DNA from: Candidatus Methylomirabilis oxygeniifera
GTDB lineage: Bacteria > Methylomirabilota > Methylomirabilia > Methylomirabilales > Methylomirabilaceae
Length of the DNA: 32,000 bases
Reading direction: 5' to 3'
Assembly (NCBI GenBank): GCA_000091165.1
Contig: FP565575.1
Span: 1,620,001-1,652,000, forward strand
The notes beneath the pieces are model-generated. The model saw nothing but the letters and a program-made list of their open reading frames with translations, ran no database searches and had not been told where the DNA came from. Both the position numbers and the translations under genes were made by a program. Shown here piece by piece: positions 1 through 8,069 of the stretch (positions within the stretch are counted from its first letter, which is position 1; each line of letters begins with the position of its first letter).

Positions 1-54
1 AACAATACAAATATGAACCATGCCTCGACAATCCGAGCAGAGGAGGGAGCTGGG

Positions 55-294
55 ATGCGTAGGACATTGTCCAAAGGGATTGCATTAGGGGCGCTGGTAC
101 TCGCGCTCACCACAGGGTGCGCCGGGATGTCGACACGCCAGCAACGTGCCTTGAGCGGCGGTGCCATCGGCGCGGCCGGCGGCGCAGCGATTGGGGCAAT
201 GGCCGGCAGCCCGACAACGGGCGCCATCGTGGGTGGCGCGGTAGGAACGGCGACAGGCGCCCTGTGGGACGATATCAAGAAATCGCTGAAGTAA
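55..294 (+). CDS. small glycine-zipper lipoprotein
   Basis: ORF 13..294; start chosen at ATG 55 preceded by gaggaggg(agctggg). Signal peptide with lipobox LTTGC|AG, then Gly/Ala zipper GGAIGAAGGAAIGAMAGSPTTGAIVGGAVGTATGAL. Confidence 0.85.
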   Translation: MRRTLSKGIALGALVLALTTGCAGMSTRQQRALSGGAIGAAGGAAIGAMAGSPTTGAIVGGAVGTATGALWDDIKKSLK

Positions 295-334
295 GCATTA
301 CGGACTGACCCCGCACCCCCGGTCGGTCAGTCGT

Positions 335-387
335 GACGGCCTCTCTGATCGGACTTCCCGTCCCGCATCAGAGAGGCCGTCTTCTTT
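335..387 (+). terminator. Rho-independent-like terminator
   Basis: Perfect 15-bp inverted repeat GACGGCCTCTCTGAT (335-349) / ATCAGAGAGGCCGTC (367-381), followed by pyrimidine/T-rich ttctttcc. Confidence 0.85.
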
Positions 388-618
388 CCTCAATCCCCTC
401 TATCAATCCGGCCTATCTCGTCTTTCCGATCTGTTTCGTCGTTTGGTCCGGACCAAATGGACCAACTGGATGATTTTCCGTGCAAAGCGTGCCGATAAGC
501 TGAGTGAAGATCATAGGCTTTTCCGATTTGACTTATCGGATATAAGCTGCGTAGTCTTACAAAAGGTTCGTCTCGCATTGAAGACGGGATCGCATATTCA
601 GCCATCAGGAGGGTTGCC

Positions 619-1494
619 ATGGGTCGGCGGTGGACCCTTGCCGGGTTATCAGGTGTGATAGCGCTTGTAGCGTGCCTCGGACTGCTTGGCCCTGCCTGGT
701 CCGAGACGCCAAAGGTGTTGCGGGTGTCGGCCATCCCGGACGAGAATCCTACCGAGTTGATGCGGATCTACACCCCTTTCGCCGAGTATCTGAGCAAAGA
801 GCTGGGCATCCCGGTCAAATATATCCCCGTGGTGGACTACGCCGCAACCGTCGAGGCCCTGGCGGCGAAGAAACTGGACATGGTGTGGTACGGCGGGTTC
901 ACCTTTGTCCAGGCTCGAAAGCGGACAGGCAATGCGATCCCGGTGGTAAGTCGAGAGGAGGATCTGCGTTTTCACAGTAAATTTATTACCAGGCCGGACA
1001 CCGGCATCAAGACCCTGGCCGACCTGAAGGGCAAGAGCTTTTCATTCGGAAGTGTCAGTTCGACATCAGGCCATCTCATGCCGCGCTATTTCCTGCTGCA
1101 GAATGGGATTGACCCGGAAAAAGATTTTGCCACATTCAGCTTCAGCGGGGCTCACGATGCGACAGCGCTATGGGTAGAGAGCGGGAAGGTTGACGCCGGA
1201 GCTTTAAACGAAGCGGTGTGGGACAAGCTGGTTCAGGCCAAGAAGGTCGATCTCAACAAGGTGCAGGTCTTCTGGACGACGCCCCCCTATATCGACTATG
1301 TCTGGACGGTGCGAGGCGATCTGGACAGCAGTCTCGTCGAAAAGATTGCCGCAGCCTTCACCAGGCTGAACTACAGCATTCCAGCGGACAAAGCATTGAT
1401 GGACCTTCAGCGAACGAAGCGATACGTCCGCGTCAAGGCCGAGCAGTTCAAGCCCGCTGAAGAGGCGGCCATTGCTGCCGGGCTGCTTCAATAG
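619..1494 (+). CDS. ABC transporter substrate-binding protein, PhnD-like (phosphate/phosphite/phosphonate, or the 'putative selenate' subfamily)
   Basis: Signal peptide then LRVSAIPDENPTELMRIYTPFAEYLSKELGIPVKYIPVVDYAATVEALAAKKLDMVWYGGFTFVQAR; PhnD-family pattern; followed directly by PhnC- and PhnE-like genes. Confidence 0.87.
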   Translation: MGRRWTLAGLSGVIALVACLGLLGPAWSETPKVLRVSAIPDENPTELMRIYTPFAEYLSKELGIPVKYIPVVDYAATVEALAAKKLDMVWYGGFTFVQARKRTGNAIPVVSREEDLRFHSKFITRPDTGIKTLADLKGKSFSFGSVSSTSGHLMPRYFLLQNGIDPEKDFATFSFSGAHDATALWVESGKVDAGALNEAVWDKLVQAKKVDLNKVQVFWTTPPYIDYVWTVRGDLDSSLVEKIAAAFTRLNYSIPADKALMDLQRTKRYVRVKAEQFKPAEEAAIAAGLLQ

Positions 1495-1508
1495 CGCCCT
1501 CCGAACCG

Positions 1509-2327
1509 ATGTACATACTCGATCGCGTCTCGAAGGTATTCGCCGGTCGGACGATCGCCGTGCACGAGCTTGATCTGAAGGTCCGAAAGGGCGAGCGGGT
1601 GGCGTTCATCGGCCCGAGTGGAGCCGGCAAGACCACGCTGTTCCGAATGTTGAATCTGACCATTCCCCCAACCTCCGGGACCCTTCTGTTCGACGGACTG
1701 GATGTCGGTTGCTTCTCAGGACGGCGGTTGCGAGAGGTTCGATGTCGAATCGGAACGATCTACCAGCAACACAACCTCGTCCCTCGCCTGCAGGTCGTTC
1801 ATAATGTACTTTCAGGCAAACTTGGTGCCTGGTCCATCTGGCAGGCCGCGCGCTCGCTGATCCGGCCGACCGAGATCGAGCTTGCCTCTGAGGCACTCAC
1901 GCAGGTCGGCATTTCCGACAAACTGTACGAGCGGACCGAAACATTATCGGGCGGCCAACAGCAGCGCGTGGCGATCGCCCGGACGCTGGTACAAAATCCG
2001 GAGGTGATCCTGGCCGATGAGCCGGTTTCTTCAGTCGATCCTGCGTTGGCCACCGGGATCGTTAAGCTATTGATCGAGCTCAGCCAGACCACTCGCAAAA
2101 CCCTGATCATGAACCTCCACAGCGTGGATCTGGCACTGGCCCACTTCCCCAGAGTGATCGGGCTCAAGGAAGGAAAGATCCTGTTCGACCTGCCGGCCCC
2201 GGCGGTGACAGACGACCATCTGGCAGCCCTCTATGCCGGGAATCAGACCCCACCAGCCGAAGAGGAGGCCCCCAGCCGTGCAGCGCAACGATCCCTCTAC
2301 TCCTGCCAGCCTCACCTTACCAACTAG
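1509..2327 (+). CDS. PhnC-like ABC transporter ATP-binding protein
   Basis: Walker A GPSGAGKTT, signature LSGGQQQRVAIAR, Walker B VILADEPVSSVDP. Confidence 0.92.
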   Translation: MYILDRVSKVFAGRTIAVHELDLKVRKGERVAFIGPSGAGKTTLFRMLNLTIPPTSGTLLFDGLDVGCFSGRRLREVRCRIGTIYQQHNLVPRLQVVHNVLSGKLGAWSIWQAARSLIRPTEIELASEALTQVGISDKLYERTETLSGGQQQRVAIARTLVQNPEVILADEPVSSVDPALATGIVKLLIELSQTTRKTLIMNLHSVDLALAHFPRVIGLKEGKILFDLPAPAVTDDHLAALYAGNQTPPAEEEAPSRAAQRSLYSCQPHLTN

Positions 2328-3165
2328 GCGCTTCTCCAATCTTCAGATTGCCTGTTCCGCCCTGTTCGTCCTGACGTTTCTGGGAAGCTACAGGCTTGCC
2401 CAGGTGAAGCCGCTTTTGCTCTTCGAATCTGAGGGACGCCGGAACATCTGGAAGTTCGTGACCGGCATGTTCCCGCCGGACCTGTCCTGGAACTTCCTGA
2501 GTCTGCTGGGTCGCCCGATCCTGGAAACCTTTCAGATCTCCCTGATGGGAACCTTCATTGCCGTAGTCATCAGCTTCCCTCTTGGCCTCCTGGCGACAAG
2601 TTCGCTGACCTTTACAGGCATTCTGAACGAACGAGAGCTGGCCGGCTCTCGCCATCGCGCAATCCTCCGAAAGGGATCGTATCTGCTGGCCAGGGCGGTC
2701 CTCAGCCTGTTTCGGACCATTCCTGAATTCGTGTGGGCCTTCATGTTTGTCCGAGCCGTCGGGCTGGGACCGTTTCCCGGTGTCCTGGCGATCGGGATCG
2801 CCTATGCGGGAATGCTCGGGAAGGTCTACTCGGAGATCCTGGAGCATGTAAATCCAGGACCGTTGGAAGCGCTCCAGGCGACTGGCGCCTCTCGGCTCAC
2901 CATCCTCCTGTACGGCCTGTTGCCACAAGCCTTACCGAACCTGGTCTCCTACACCCTCTATCGTTGGGAATGCGCCATTCGGGCATCCGCGATTTTGGGT
3001 TTCGTAGGCGCGGGGGGAATCGGCCAGCAGCTTGAGATCTCGATGCGGATGTTTCAGTTTGACCAGGTCATGACCCTAATCGCGATCCTGTTCGTGATGG
3101 TGGTAGGGGTTGATACTTTGAGCGCGAGGGTGAGAAGTATCATCCTCAGTCGATCGAGCGTCTAA
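2233..3165 (+). CDS. PhnE-like ABC transporter permease (first copy)
   Basis: Hydrophobic protein with EALQATGASRLTILLYGLLPQALPNLVSYTLYRWE (EAA loop) and GFVGAGGIGQQLE. Exact start uncertain; the listed start overlaps phnC by 95 nt. Confidence 0.88.
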   Translation: MPGIRPHQPKRRPPAVQRNDPSTPASLTLPTRRFSNLQIACSALFVLTFLGSYRLAQVKPLLLFESEGRRNIWKFVTGMFPPDLSWNFLSLLGRPILETFQISLMGTFIAVVISFPLGLLATSSLTFTGILNERELAGSRHRAILRKGSYLLARAVLSLFRTIPEFVWAFMFVRAVGLGPFPGVLAIGIAYAGMLGKVYSEILEHVNPGPLEALQATGASRLTILLYGLLPQALPNLVSYTLYRWECAIRASAILGFVGAGGIGQQLEISMRMFQFDQVMTLIAILFVMVVGVDTLSARVRSIILSRSSV

Positions 3166-4038
3166 TGGCAGAGATTCCTACGCATAGGGTGAGACCGGCA
3201 TCAGCACAGGAGCGCAATCCTCTCTCCGCCCGCAACCTGACGATCCTGGCGGGCTTTCTCGCCCTCATGGTCTGGAGCTATGTGGGAACGGAGTTCTCGC
3301 TGCGCGAACTGCTGGGCGGTGAGAGCGCAGCCCAGATCCTGACCTATGCCAAGAAGCTCTTTCCGCCTGACCTTTCTCCGGACTTCCTGCTCAAGACCGG
3401 CTACTGGGCACTCGAGACCTTCGCCATGTCGTTTCTCGGGACGATCCTGGCGGTCGTGATCGCCTTCGGCCTGGTCTTTTTCTCCAGTCGTAATCTGATG
3501 TTCACCGGGCTGATGTTTGAGATGGAGCGGCGCCGTCCGTGGATTCGAGCGCTCCGCACCACCCTGTACCTCAGCGCCAAGGCCGCCCTCAACCTCCTCC
3601 GGACCGTCCCTCACCTGGTCTGGGCGCTGATCCTGGTTTTTGCGGTCGGCCTCGGCCCGTTCCCAGGGATGCTCGCCCTGGGGATTCACACGGGCGGAGT
3701 CCTGGGCAGGCTGTTTGGGGAGGTGATGGAGAACGTCGAGACCCAACCGATTGAGGCGTTGCAGGCGACCGGCGCCAGCCGATTGCAGATCCTGCTCTAC
3801 GGCATCCTCCCCCAGGTCCTACCGGAGTTTGTCGCCTACACGTTGTACCGATGGGAGGTAAACATCCGGGAGGCAATTATCCTGGGCTACGTCGGGGCGG
3901 GGGGGCGTCGGTCAGCAGATTCAGATCGCTATCAGTCTCTTCCTGGAGCACCGGCTACTCACGCTCATCATCGCGATCTACCTGATCGTCGCGATTGTGG
4001 ATGCCCTCAGCGCCTATCTGAGAAGCCGCCTGGTCTGA
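3165..4038 (+). CDS. PhnE-like ABC transporter permease (second copy), apparently frameshifted near its 3' end
   Basis: ORF 3165..4208 is homologous to the upstream permease to ...REAIILGYVGAGG, then loses similarity. Removing one G from the G7 run 3899-3905 restores ...GYVGAGGVGQQIQIAISLFLEHRLLTLIIAIYLIVAIVDALSAYLRSRLV* with TGA at 4036-4038. Confidence 0.85.
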
Positions 4039-4110
4039 TCCTCGGCCTACCGCCGCGCAAGACCGCCGAGACCCCCCAGCCGGAAATCACCGTGTCGTCA
4101 AGCGCGGTGG

Positions 4111-4677
4111 CTACACCCGGTCCAGCGGGCAATGAGGCGGAGGAGGCAACTCGACCTTCACCACATCTCCCGGCCGTACTACCCCGCCGGTCCGCACTAT
4201 CCCCATGATGCCGGCCTTTCGGATCAGTCGCCCGGACTCGTCCCGGCCCAGCACCGCTGCCATCAGTCCAGGCCGGAAAGCATCGAGCTGGGCGCATGGG
4301 GTGCGTAACCCGGTGACCTCGACAACCGCCTCCTGGCCGAGTCGAAGCAGGGTACCGGTCGGCAGGGCGAGCAGGTCGATGCCGCGGGTGGCAATATTTT
4401 CGCCCATCTGCCCGGGGGACACGTCGAATCCCGCGGCCCGCAGTTCGTCGTGCAGTTCGGTATGGATCAGGTGGACCTGCCTCAGGTTCGGCTCGGTTGG
4501 GTCGACCGCCACCCGCGAGCGGTGTTTGACCGTTCGTCCGAGGTGGGCGTCGCCTTCCACGCCGAGGCCTTCAAGCAGGCGAATGGCGTCCAACGGCGGC
4601 TTGCCGAACGAGTGCGTCGAACTGCAGCACACCGCCACTACTTCACACATCGGTCGGCTCTCACCGTCCGACATCAC
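4111..4677 (-). CDS. MOSC-domain protein
   Basis: 188 aa; GLGVEGDAHLGRTVKHRSR...RQVHLIHTELHDEL...GQMGENIATRGIDLLALPTGTLLRLG...VEVTGLRTPCAQLDAFRPGL, typical MOSC pattern with the conserved Cys. Confidence 0.88.
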   Translation of the reverse strand: MMSDGESRPMCEVVAVCCSSTHSFGKPPLDAIRLLEGLGVEGDAHLGRTVKHRSRVAVDPTEPNLRQVHLIHTELHDELRAAGFDVSPGQMGENIATRGIDLLALPTGTLLRLGQEAVVEVTGLRTPCAQLDAFRPGLMAAVLGRDESGRLIRKAGIMGIVRTGGVVRPGDVVKVELPPPPHCPLDRV

Positions 4678-4696
4678 AGTTCACTGGTATCAGGAG

Positions 4697-5227
4697 CTAT
4701 TTCTTTTCCTCCGGCGGACAGTTAAATTCGAAGATATGAAGGTTCCCGCCGTTCCATTGTGTCACCTTTGCGCTTCCCGCACCCTCCGGCTTTTCGGGGC
4801 GGAGAGGATGGCCTTTACCAAACTCAACGGTCGGCGTCTCGGACAGCAGCACAAGTTGTCTGTCGTTGGCCCGGACCTGAAAGGTGGCTTTCCAACTGCT
4901 GTCACCCATTTTTTCGACGCGCAATTTCAGTTTAGGGCAGTCGTCGGTTGTAATGGGAACAATGATCTTGGCTCCGCCCCAGGGCGCCCTCTTGTAATTA
5001 TATGAGTTCTCTTTGAGTTGCCAGTTGCCGAAGTGCCAGCCGGAATCGTAGACGACGATCTTATCGTCCTTCAGTACCTGAAAATTGATCGGTTCGCCTT
5101 TGTCTTTGGCATCGTCCTTGGTATTGATTTCAAAAATCAAATCCGCGATGTTCGTCGCTAAAGCCGCCTGAAACGAGCCCAGCAGAAGAACGCCAGCAAC
5201 AGCACCTATGGTCATATATTTCAGCAT
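4697..5227 (-). CDS. secreted hypothetical protein
   Basis: ORF 4697..5266; start placed at Met14 (MLKYMTIGAVAGVLLLGSFQAALA|TN), preceded by gaggagcg; clear signal peptide; no family recognised. Confidence 0.65.
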   Translation of the reverse strand: MLKYMTIGAVAGVLLLGSFQAALATNIADLIFEINTKDDAKDKGEPINFQVLKDDKIVVYDSGWHFGNWQLKENSYNYKRAPWGGAKIIVPITTDDCPKLKLRVEKMGDSSWKATFQVRANDRQLVLLSETPTVEFGKGHPLRPEKPEGAGSAKVTQWNGGNLHIFEFNCPPEEKK

Positions 5228-5577
5228 CGTCGCTCGCTCCTCGTTGAAAGTATAACAGCCCGGCAACTTGATACCTTGGTGATGCGAAAACTCGGGTCTC
5301 CTGAGACCCTCGAACTACCTACGTGGCGGCCCGCATGGTCGACGGCAGATGTCAGGCCGGTCCGCCGAACTTCTCGATCATCCCCTTTTTGTTGAGAACC
5401 ACCTATCGTTCCGGCTCGTTATGAATGTTCCAATGGCACCTCTCTCCAAGACCGCTGTCGTCCAGGATCGTTCGATGGCCGAAGTCATGCGCGTCGAGTC
5501 TAACGACTGCGGCGATTCTGCTGTCTTCTTGGACACTTGTCAAGTCCGCTCGACAGTGATCGATGTCTGGAGTCGTC

Positions 5578-7770
5578 TCATGATTGACGTCTGCCATTCG
5601 CGTGGATGAATCTCCAGGTCAGGAGCGCCGCCAGCGCCATCGGAACCGCACCGAATGTGATAAATACAGCATCACCCGGAAGGCGCAGCCATTCGAGCAG
5701 ACGCACGAACGGTTGATCCATAAACTCCGGACCGCGCGCATGCCAGTAGCCGTTCGTCAATACATCCCAGAGTTGCAAGACACCGCCGGGGAAGAGGCTG
5801 AGTATCACCATCAGCGCCAAGCCGATGTTCAATCCCCAAAACGAGACGCGCACATACTTTTCCACGTGCTGCCACTGCCGGTCGTCCAGCACCTGCCGGA
5901 ACGCCAGCACCATCAGCGCCAACGCCAGCATCCCGAACACCCCCATCATCGCTGTATGCCCATGATTCGATGTCAGGATCGTGCCAACCTCGTAGAAACT
6001 GACGACCGGCAGGTTGATGAGAAAACCAAACACCCCTGCGCCGACGAAATTCCAGAAGCCGACCGCCATCAGGAAGTAGAACAACCACTTATGCGGTACC
6101 GCCACCGGCAGCTCGCACGCGTCACACTCGCTCTGAGTCAGCTTGATAAAGTCCCATGCATCCAATGTCAGCAACGTCAGCGGCACAACCTCCATGGCCG
6201 AGAACACGGCCGACAGGGCCATCGTGATGGTCGTCTGACCGGTCCAATACCAATGATGTCCGGTACCGATAATGCCGCTGCCGAGGTACAGGATCGCGTC
6301 AAGATAGATGACTCGCTCCACGTTCGCGTGCGACATGACGCCCAACTGGAAGAAGATCAGCGCCACCATCACCGTCACGAATAACTCCAGAAATCCTTCG
6401 ACCCAGAGGTGGACGATCCAGAACCGCCAGTTATCCACCACCGATAGGTGTGTGGTGCTGCCGAAGAACATGGCCGGTAGGTAAAAGAGCGGAATCGCAA
6501 GGGCCGCATACTGAAACAGCCATACGATCTGGCGCTGCTTCGGGTTGTCCCTCGCCGGCGCCATAGCGCGCACCAACAATATCAGCCACAGTACCAGCCC
6601 AATCACCAGCAGAACCTGCCATGCCCGCCCCAGATCCAGATACTCCCAGCCTTGATGCCCAAACCAGAACCAGAGCGGGCCGAACACCTGATTCACCCCC
6701 AGCCACTCACCTAACGAACTGCCGACGACGACCACCACCAGTGCGACACACAACAGGTTGATGCCCGGAACCTGCCCGCGCACCTCCCGGTTGCCCAGTC
6801 CCGCCGCCAGGAATAGTCCGCCCGCAACATAGGCGGTCGCGATCCAGAAGATCGCCAACTGCAAATGCCATGTCCGCATAATGTGGCTCGGCGCGACTTC
6901 CGCCAGGTCCAGACCATAGAACTTGCCCGGCTCAGCCCGGTAATGCGCGACTGCGGCGCCGACAATCACCTGCACCACAAACAGCAGCGCCACCATCGCA
7001 AAGAGCTTGATCGTCGCCCGCTGGCTATCCGAGGCCACACCCGGCAACATCATCGGATGCACATGCCCGCTCCGGCCCTTCCAACCAAGGAAATCAAACT
7101 TGCCGAACGCGACCAGCACCCCAGCGATCCCCGCCAACAGCGTGATCAGGCTCAGCGCGCTCCACAGAATCGCGTCGGCCGTGAGCGTATTCCCGGCCAG
7201 CGGTTCGTATGGAAAGTTGTTCGTGTACGAGTAGGGCTTGTCGGGTCGATTCGCCACGGACGCCCATGCCGTCCACGCGAAGAAGGCCGTAAGCTGTCGC
7301 AACTCCTTGGGGTCAGTGATATATCCGGCCGGCAGCCCTACGCTGCCCATCGGCTCGGCGAAGTACGCCGTCCACCTCGCCACCTGCCGCTCGAATGTCG
7401 CCGTCTCCACCTCCGTAAACGTCAGTATCCCTGTGTGCGGGTCATAGCGATTCTGCTTCAACGCAGGCCCTGCCGCCACCGCCAAGGCGTGCAGATACTC
7501 CGCCGAAAAATCCGGTCCTAGATACGCGCCATGTCCCCAGACGGACCCGTTTTCCATCAGGCCGTACTTCAGGAAGACCTCCTGACCGATTCGGATCTCT
7601 TCGGCCGTCATGACGGTCACGCCGCCAGGGCCGATCACCTTGTCCGGTATCGGCGGCGCAAATTGATAGGTCCGCACCGCCAGCCAAATCAATACGGCTA
7701 ACCCACATATCATTGTGATGGCAAGCGAATACCGCCACCAGGGGGACAGACCATTAGGGCTTGCCCTCAT
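5578..7770 (-). CDS. norB: quinol-dependent nitric oxide reductase (qNOR) family protein
   Basis: 730 aa; N-terminal NorC-like fused domain (EIRIGQEVFLKYGLMENGSVWGHGAYLGPDFSAEYLH), RTWHLQLAIFWIATAYVAGGLFLAAGLGN, HLWVEGFLELF, GTGHHWYWTGQ, TSNHGHTAMMGVFG. RBS aaaggag upstream on the minus strand. Confidence 0.93.
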   Translation of the reverse strand: MRASPNGLSPWWRYSLAITMICGLAVLIWLAVRTYQFAPPIPDKVIGPGGVTVMTAEEIRIGQEVFLKYGLMENGSVWGHGAYLGPDFSAEYLHALAVAAGPALKQNRYDPHTGILTFTEVETATFERQVARWTAYFAEPMGSVGLPAGYITDPKELRQLTAFFAWTAWASVANRPDKPYSYTNNFPYEPLAGNTLTADAILWSALSLITLLAGIAGVLVAFGKFDFLGWKGRSGHVHPMMLPGVASDSQRATIKLFAMVALLFVVQVIVGAAVAHYRAEPGKFYGLDLAEVAPSHIMRTWHLQLAIFWIATAYVAGGLFLAAGLGNREVRGQVPGINLLCVALVVVVVGSSLGEWLGVNQVFGPLWFWFGHQGWEYLDLGRAWQVLLVIGLVLWLILLVRAMAPARDNPKQRQIVWLFQYAALAIPLFYLPAMFFGSTTHLSVVDNWRFWIVHLWVEGFLELFVTVMVALIFFQLGVMSHANVERVIYLDAILYLGSGIIGTGHHWYWTGQTTITMALSAVFSAMEVVPLTLLTLDAWDFIKLTQSECDACELPVAVPHKWLFYFLMAVGFWNFVGAGVFGFLINLPVVSFYEVGTILTSNHGHTAMMGVFGMLALALMVLAFRQVLDDRQWQHVEKYVRVSFWGLNIGLALMVILSLFPGGVLQLWDVLTNGYWHARGPEFMDQPFVRLLEWLRLPGDAVFITFGAVPMALAALLTWRFIHANGRRQS

Positions 7771-7873
7771 TCATCGCTCCTTTGACTCATGTTGTGGACG
7801 CACGGCACCGCGTCATCCAGCGGCCTACCTGCGGCGACAATGGACAGTACCATATTCATTCCCAATAACACAC

Positions 7874-7901
7874 AACCCGCCGCGAGGTGGAGCGGCGGGT
7901 T
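7874..7901. terminator. possible intrinsic terminator hairpin
   Basis: Perfect 10-bp inverted repeat AACCCGCCGC gaggtgga GCGGCGGGTT, between the 391-aa membrane ORF and qNOR; short T run on the + side only, so direction is unclear. Confidence 0.5.
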
Positions 7902-8069
7902 TACAGCCATCATCCCATCCATTGAGGCTACCGCCTTCGAATCTCACGCACGATGTGAACGATTTCATCTGCGGTCATATCTAAGTCAACTCCCTCAACA
8001 TCAAGTGGTGATTCAGGCTTCGAGACCGGCGCGATCATGAATGCCGATCCGTCTTTCCGTTTCACTCAA

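Noticed and set aside
3165-4208. Taking the full 347-aa ORF as the true C-terminus of the second permease
   Set aside because: The sequence after VGAGG becomes hydrophilic and Pro/Arg-rich, whereas the -1 G frame gives a perfect permease C-terminus and stop.
4205-5005. Plus-strand ORF (266 aa) spanning the MOSC and secreted-protein genes
   Set aside because: Spans two minus-strand genes with better support (MOSC motifs, signal peptide and RBS); no domain in the translation.
5349-5609. Plus-strand 86-aa ORF
   Set aside because: Overlaps the 3' end of norB on the opposite strand, has no RBS and no recognisable domain; treated as non-coding.
5584-6384. Plus-strand ORF (266 aa) and similar ORFs at 6865..7521
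   Set aside because: Antisense to the convincing qNOR gene; Arg/His/Gln-rich sequence typical of complement translation.
5578-7770. Calling this protein a nitric oxide dismutase (Nod)
   Set aside because: Retains the His/Glu and His-His active-site motifs (HLWVEG, HHWYW) expected of ordinary qNOR; no sequence support for the proposed Nod substitutions.
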